From an uncultured Chloroflexota bacterium (GTDB lineage: Bacteria; Chloroflexota; Limnocylindria; Limnocylindrales; CSP1-4), in contig CAIJPD010000059.1 of assembly GCA_903822495.1 (NCBI GenBank), positions 7,130 through 71,129 of the forward strand: DNA of 64,000 nucleotides, read 5' to 3'. The notes under the pieces are model-generated. The model did no database searches and was not told where the DNA came from. It saw nothing but the letters and a program-made list of their open reading frames with translations. The position numbers were made by a program, and so were the translations under genes. This document shows positions 59,228-64,000 of the stretch, in pieces. The number at the start of each line of letters is the position of its first letter. The stretch's first letter is position 1.

Positions 59228-59291
59228 GCCCGGCGCTGCCCGTAGGCCCGGCGCTGCCCGTAGGCCCGGCGCCGCCCGTAGGCCCGGCGCT
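59228..59291. repeat. Tandem repeat, about 3.5 x 18 bp (GCCCGGCGCTGCCCGTAG)
   Basis: Read directly; starts 5 nt downstream of the LysM gene stop. Confidence 0.9.
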
Positions 59292-59296
59292 GGCCG

Positions 59297-59980
59297 CTAC
59301 TTGCTGGCCGCGGGCGATGGGCTGGCGGGCCGAACCGAACCGGAAGCCGCGGGGCTCCCCGACGCGCCGGGGCTCCCCGACGCGCCGGGCGTGCCGCCCG
59401 CCGATGGGCCCGGCGTGGGTGTGGCCCGGCCCGGGCTGGGCGACGGCGGGCTCACATCGTCCACGACCACCCCCGGGGTTAGCACCAGGGTCCACCCCAC
59501 GTCGATGTGGCTTGGGTTGTACGTCGTGGACTCCGGGTCGAGCGTCGGGTACGTGCCGCGGTTCCACCAGGCGATGCTCCGCGCGGTGGTCCGGTACAGG
59601 GTCGCGATGGTCCCGAGAGAATCGCCTGCCTTGACCACGTAGCTGGTGAAGGTGGGGGCCGCGGTCGGCGTGGGCCGGACGAAGGTGGGGCTGCCGGCCG
59701 GCGATGCGCTGGCCGACTCGGCGGGGGCGGACGGCGGCGACGTGGTCTGGTCAGCCCCGATGTCCACGCGGACCCGCGGCAACGTGATACCCAGCCCGGG
59801 CAGGACCGCCAGCGCGATGAGGACCACCAGGACCAGGGCGAGGACGGCGCTGAATCGGCGCGAGGTCAACAGGCTGCCGGGTGTCCGCGGCCCGCCAGGC
59901 CCGCGGCCCGCCGCGCCGGTGTGGTCCGGCGGCAGGTCATCCTCGAAGCGTGGGTCATCGGGCAGCGGCGGCAGGCTCAT
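59297..59980 (-). CDS. LysM peptidoglycan-binding membrane protein
   Basis: One TM; YVVKAGDSLGTIATLYRTT---I--WN LysM motif; P/S-rich tail. Confidence 0.88.
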   Translation of the reverse strand: MSLPPLPDDPRFEDDLPPDHTGAAGRGPGGPRTPGSLLTSRRFSAVLALVLVVLIALAVLPGLGITLPRVRVDIGADQTTSPPSAPAESASASPAGSPTFVRPTPTAAPTFTSYVVKAGDSLGTIATLYRTTARSIAWWNRGTYPTLDPESTTYNPSHIDVGWTLVLTPGVVVDDVSPPSPSPGRATPTPGPSAGGTPGASGSPGASGSPAASGSVRPASPSPAASK

Positions 59981-60081
59981 CGCCCGACCAGTCTGCCCCG
60001 ATTCGGCCCGGCTGGGAAGCGCGCGAATCGCGGCGATGCCCGGCGCCGCTGGCGATGCCCGGCGCGGCTGCCCGCGGCGGC

Positions 60082-62046
60082 TCAGCCGTTGACGCGGTCG
60101 ACCGGGGTCGGCGCCTTGAGGGTGAACTCCTTGGCCAGGGCCAGGCCATCCGCGGCGCTCGAGACCCGTGCGCGCCCATTCCGCTTCGAGACCTGGCAGG
60201 CGCGGTCCGCCGCCAACAGGATGTCCGCGCCGGTCGACCCGTTATCGGGGAAGGTGGCAAGGCCCAGCGAGGCGCTGATCGGCACCGCCTGCTCGTGCCA
60301 TGGGCCGCCGGGCTCGCTCAGGGCGCCGATGGTGGACAGGATCCGGCCCGCGACCACATGGGCTTGTGCCCCGTCGGCATGCGGGAGGATGACGGTGAAC
60401 TCGTCGCCGCCGTACCGGAAGACCCCGTCCGTGTCCCGGCTGGCCGTCTCCAGCGCCCGCGCGACCTCGCCCAGGAGCCGGTCGCCGGCCTGGTGCCCCA
60501 GCGAGTCGTTGATGTTCTTGAACACGTCCAGGTCCAGCATGATCAGGCTGAACGTCTCGCCCGCGCGGATCCGGGCCTCCAGTCGCTCCTGGAACGTGCC
60601 GTGGTTGAAGAGGCCGGTCAGGTCGTCGGTGGCGGCCCGGATCTCCACGGCGCGGTGGGTCTCCGCATTCTGGAGGGCGATCGACACCTGCGCGGCAAAG
60701 AGCTGGACCAGCTCAAACTCGCCCTTGGTGTAGACGTTGCCGCGTCCCAGCCGCTCCACGATGACGATGCCACCGGGCCCGCTCCGGCCACGCAGCGGGA
60801 CGGCGATCAGGCTGCCGTCCAGCTTGCTGTCGTGGACGTGGCTGATCCGCGGGTCGTCGAGTTCGTCGAGGATGAGGACCGCCTGTCGATGGCGGGTGAC
60901 CCAGTCGGCGATGCCGACGTGGCGCTCGTCGCTGGAGCGCAGGAGTCGATCGGAGTGGACCCCCCGGACGGTCAACGGCCGGGACTCGCCGCTCCCGGAC
61001 TCCACCACCTCGATGGCCAGGTTGTCGTAGCCCACGAGGTCACCCAGCCGGTCCGCGACCTGCTCCAGGACGCGCTGCGGATCCAGCGTGGTGAGGATGG
61101 ATTCCGTGATGGACAGCAGGTCGCGCTGGCTGCGCAGCTGCCGCTCGAGCGCGGCCGACTTGGCGTGCAGCTGCTGGGTGATCTCGGCGTTCGAGAACGC
61201 CTGGGCGGCAAAGCTGGCGTAGATCTCCAGGAGGCGGAGGTCGTCCTCGGAGAACTGGTCGAGGCCCAGCTTCGAGAGGACGAGCACGCCCAGGACGCCG
61301 TCGTCGTAGGTCATGGGCGCCAGGATCATCGATTCCTCGAGGTCCGGGCTGGTGCCCGGGATGGTCCAGGCGCGTGGGTCGTGGGCGGTGTCGGGCAGAT
61401 TCTGGGCCATCTTGTGGACGGCCACCCAGCCGGTGATCCCCTCGCCCACCGCCACCTTGAGCTGATCGCTGGTCTCGTCCGCGTACTCGTGGACGCGGCC
61501 TTCCAGCGCCACGGGAACCAGCTGGTCGCCCCGCCGGTGGTAGACACGGACGTTGTCGTACTCGATGAGCAGCCCCAGCTCGCCGACGATGGCGCGGCCG
61601 ATCTCCTCGATGCGCGTCAGCCGGTTGAGGCGCGCGCCCAGGTGCTGCAGGGAGCGCAGCTGGGCGGCCCACGCCTCGACGCGCGGATCGCCCTGTCGGC
61701 GTCCGGGCCTGGCAACGCGGCGTCCCGGCGGAGTGCCAGCGGCGCCGACGATGGCGCCGCGTCGGCCGGCCGTGAGGGCGCGTCGCGCGGGCCCGTCTGC
61801 TCGGCGCTCGGACCCGATGGAGGGGAGCGACGCCTGCCCGTCACCCTCGCTCACCTCGGCGGCGTTCATGAAGCGCTGCAGATCGCCCAACCGGAAGCGG
61901 CGGTCGCCGCGCAGGTTGATTCGGAAGTATCTGAGCCGGCCAGCGTCACTCCACGCCCGGACAGTGTTCGGGTGGACGCCCAGGAGACGGGCGGCCCGTG
62001 TCACGGAGAGCGTGGCGTCGAGCGGTCGCGGAATGTGTGTAGTCAT
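60082..62046 (-). CDS. Diguanylate cyclase with N-terminal MerR/BldC-like HTH and two GAF domains
   Basis: LSV--AARLLGVHPNTVRAW-D-GRL...GDRRF; two GAF-like regions; DDLTGLFN, LD-FK-IND-LGH--GD, RDTD I-site, RYGGDEF. Confidence 0.9.
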   Translation of the reverse strand: MTTHIPRPLDATLSVTRAARLLGVHPNTVRAWSDAGRLRYFRINLRGDRRFRLGDLQRFMNAAEVSEGDGQASLPSIGSERRADGPARRALTAGRRGAIVGAAGTPPGRRVARPGRRQGDPRVEAWAAQLRSLQHLGARLNRLTRIEEIGRAIVGELGLLIEYDNVRVYHRRGDQLVPVALEGRVHEYADETSDQLKVAVGEGITGWVAVHKMAQNLPDTAHDPRAWTIPGTSPDLEESMILAPMTYDDGVLGVLVLSKLGLDQFSEDDLRLLEIYASFAAQAFSNAEITQQLHAKSAALERQLRSQRDLLSITESILTTLDPQRVLEQVADRLGDLVGYDNLAIEVVESGSGESRPLTVRGVHSDRLLRSSDERHVGIADWVTRHRQAVLILDELDDPRISHVHDSKLDGSLIAVPLRGRSGPGGIVIVERLGRGNVYTKGEFELVQLFAAQVSIALQNAETHRAVEIRAATDDLTGLFNHGTFQERLEARIRAGETFSLIMLDLDVFKNINDSLGHQAGDRLLGEVARALETASRDTDGVFRYGGDEFTVILPHADGAQAHVVAGRILSTIGALSEPGGPWHEQAVPISASLGLATFPDNGSTGADILLAADRACQVSKRNGRARVSSAADGLALAKEFTLKAPTPVDRVNG

Positions 62047-62293
62047 GCGGGACGGGGCGTCTTTCGAGGCTGATGGAAGAGGAAGAAATGTGAAGATGAC
62101 GAACCGCAGCGTAGCCCGCGCGCATGGGCCGTCGAAGTAGCGCGATGGTCCTGTGTGGTCTGCGACGCTTGGATAGCCTTATCGGCAGTCGGATGGCTCT
62201 ACGCGGCGGTTGGCCGGACGGCGCGGCGGGCAGCTGGCCCCGGTGCCTGCTGGACCAGGCCAACCAGTGCGGCCCGCGCGACGCACGTCGGCG

Positions 62294-62600
62294 TCAGCGA
62301 TCAGGCCGGCGCGAGCCCCCGCTGAGCCGGACATAGGCGAGCGTCCCGATGACCGCGATCAGGCCGATGGCGAGGACCACGAGGATCGCCATGCCGGGGC
62401 TGCCCACGAAGCCCGGCCCCTCGCCCGCGCTCCGCGTATCCGCGCCCAGGACCGGGCTGGGCGCCGGCGAGGCGGCTGCGACCAGCGCCGGCAGCGCCAC
62501 CCAGGCCACGACGAGCACCACCGGCCAAGCCGCGCGGATCGCGCGGCTCCCGGCGCGGCCTCCGGCCCGGATCGCAGGGCCCCCGGCCTGCCGCGCCGGG
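62294..62600 (-). CDS. Hypothetical small two-TM membrane protein (start uncertain)
   Basis: Hydrophobic segments flank DTRSAGEGPGFVGSP; follows the 62605 stop. Confidence 0.55.
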
Positions 62601-62604
62601 GGCC

Positions 62605-63333
62605 TCAGCCCGCCGCTCCCACGACCACGCCGGCAGCGGCCCACATGGCGGCCAGCACGACCAGCGCCAGGCCAGTTCCGCCCAGGGCGGCCACCAGCAC
62701 GGGGCGGAGGCGCGTCTCGCCGCCGATGATCCTGAGGGCCTCCGGGACCTCCAGGACCGTCAGCACCAGCGGCCGACCCAGGCCGGCGGACATGCGCAGC
62801 GTCCCATCCGGTCCGCGGCCGGGGACGCCCAGCACGATCGCCTGGTCTACCGCCGAGACGTGTTCGATGAGCGCCCGCGCCGGTGCCCCGGGCGCCAGCC
62901 CCTCGGGCGCGCGGTCTGCCAGATCGGCGACCGTCCCGGTCGACTCGCGGGGGATGACGACAAGCCCATCGCCCAGGGTCGCCGCATCGATCGAGATCGC
63001 CTGCAGCCCGTCGCCCACCTCGAACGGGACCTCCTCGCGGCCGTCCTCCACGGTGGTCCAGCCGCCCCGGGACCGGACCTGGACCCGGGTCCGCCGGAAG
63101 ACCAGCGGCCGGCGGGCGGCGTCCTCAAAGGCCTGCTCGCTGTCGATCCGGCCGTCCACGCGCAGGTAGCGCGGCGCTCCCGCGCCGGCCGCCTCCAGGA
63201 TCTCGGCCAGCGGCGTCGGCTGGAGGGTCGCGAGCAGGCGGGCCACGCGGTAGCGCGGCCCGTAGGAGCGCAGGATGGCCACGGCAGCGGCGATCGACAG
63301 GAGGCCGGCGGCCAGGAGGATCTGGGGAGTCAC
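62605..63333 (-). CDS. Hypothetical membrane protein (TM - soluble domain - TM)
   Basis: 242-aa ORF with terminal TMs; TATCAT 7 nt before GTG. Confidence 0.7.
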   Translation of the reverse strand: MTPQILLAAGLLSIAAAVAILRSYGPRYRVARLLATLQPTPLAEILEAAGAGAPRYLRVDGRIDSEQAFEDAARRPLVFRRTRVQVRSRGGWTTVEDGREEVPFEVGDGLQAISIDAATLGDGLVVIPRESTGTVADLADRAPEGLAPGAPARALIEHVSAVDQAIVLGVPGRGPDGTLRMSAGLGRPLVLTVLEVPEALRIIGGETRLRPVLVAALGGTGLALVVLAAMWAAAGVVVGAAG

Positions 63334-63557
63334 GCCCGGGATGATACGCGGACGGCGGGACCGGCCGGCCCGGGCAGCTGGCCACCGGGGGTGGTTCCGG
63401 GCATAGCAATGGCCCGAAGAAACCTACCCGTCACGTGGGCGTTGATGTCATCGCCGCCGCTAGTGACCTTCAGCCTCTCCGGACCGGCCTCCACCGTAGG
63501 CCCCACCCGGCGTCGGGGCAACAGTACTTCTCCACCGAATCCGCCCGGACGATGCGG

Positions 63558-63577
63558 TTATCCACAGCCTGTCCACA
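63558..63577 (+). promoter_or_regulatory. Pair of DnaA-box-like 9-mers
   Basis: TTATCCACA (63558-63566, perfect) and CTGTCCACA (63569-63577). Confidence 0.5.
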
Positions 63578-63581
63578 AGCA

Positions 63582-63633
63582 GGACCACCGGACCACACCG
63601 GACCACACCGGACCCCAGCCGGACCCCGCCGGA
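63582..63633. repeat. Degenerate tandem of about 10 bp, GGACC(A/C)CACC-like, x5
   Basis: ggaccacc ggaccacacc ggaccacacc ggaccccagcc ggaccccgcc gga; directly after the 63636 stop. Confidence 0.8.
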
Positions 63634-63635
63634 TG

Positions 63636-64000
63636 TCAGCCGGCGCGCCGCCCCGTCGCTGGATCCAGCGCCACGATCTCGCCCGCGTAGCTGGTCAGCA
63701 CGAGTCTCCCACCCACCAGCTCCGCACCGGTGACCACGTCCGAGTGGGCGATCCGCCACGCCACCGCCCCGTCCGCCTCCAGGGCAAACGTCTCGATCTC
63801 CGACTGCGCGAGGACGTGGGCGAGGCGGGACGACCCGAGCACCACCAGCAGCGGCGAGCCGGAGCGGTGGTGCCAGCGCAACGCGCCGGTCCTGGCGTCG
63901 AGGCCGTAGACGTGGAAGCCGTACTTCACCACCAGGAGGCCCGCCGAATCCCAGGTCAGCCCGGCGGGATCGTCGGAGATGGTCGACGCGAAGCGGGCCG
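63636..64000 (-). CDS. PQQ-like beta-propeller protein, C-terminal part (truncated by window)
   Basis: YGLDARTGALRW, FALEADG-V-W, ALDPATG repeats. Confidence 0.75.
   Translation of the reverse strand, partial: ARFASTISDDPAGLTWDSAGLLVVKYGFHVYGLDARTGALRWHHRSGSPLLVVLGSSRLAHVLAQSEIETFALEADGAVAWRIAHSDVVTGAELVGGRLVLTSYAGEIVALDPATGRRAG

Noticed and set aside
59346-59392. 18-bp repeat inside the LysM gene
   Set aside because: In-frame GASGSP linker expansion with no independent significance.
62047-62293. c-di-GMP riboswitch or leader peptide upstream of the DGC
   Set aside because: The region has a purine/pyrimidine-skewed tract but no GEMM motifs; only trivial ORFs.
63340-63540. Possible small ORF or structured RNA before the DnaA-like boxes
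   Set aside because: Only short local hairpins and ORFs without an RBS or recognisable motifs.

Overview
This is a very GC-rich bacterial chromosomal window (about 70-75% GC by eye). Gene content and promoter style suggest Chloroflexota (Limnocylindria-like) or Actinomycetota; that assignment is an inference. From left to right it holds a MoxR-DUF58-VWA-VWA operon, secreted and membrane proteins, an S9 peptidase, acyl-CoA synthetase, two class III cyclase-like proteins, and MFS/TetR and Na+/H+ antiporter genes. These are followed by a frameshifted MetE-like gene, aqpZ, a five-gene corrinoid methyl-transfer cluster and MarR-linked flavin/F420 oxidoreductases. An apparently decayed integrative element of about 16.7 kb (36.8-53.55 kb) is anchored at tRNA-Arg(UCG); it is bounded by a tRNA-3'-like fragment and a probable split recombinase relic. 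To its right are a candidate structured RNA of about 190 nt, a WYL regulator-alpha/beta hydrolase-HD dNTPase operon, and an HTH-GAF-GAF-GGDEF protein. No CRISPR array, rRNA or intact transposase/integrase was seen. All family assignments come from motif recognition by eye; no database searches were run.
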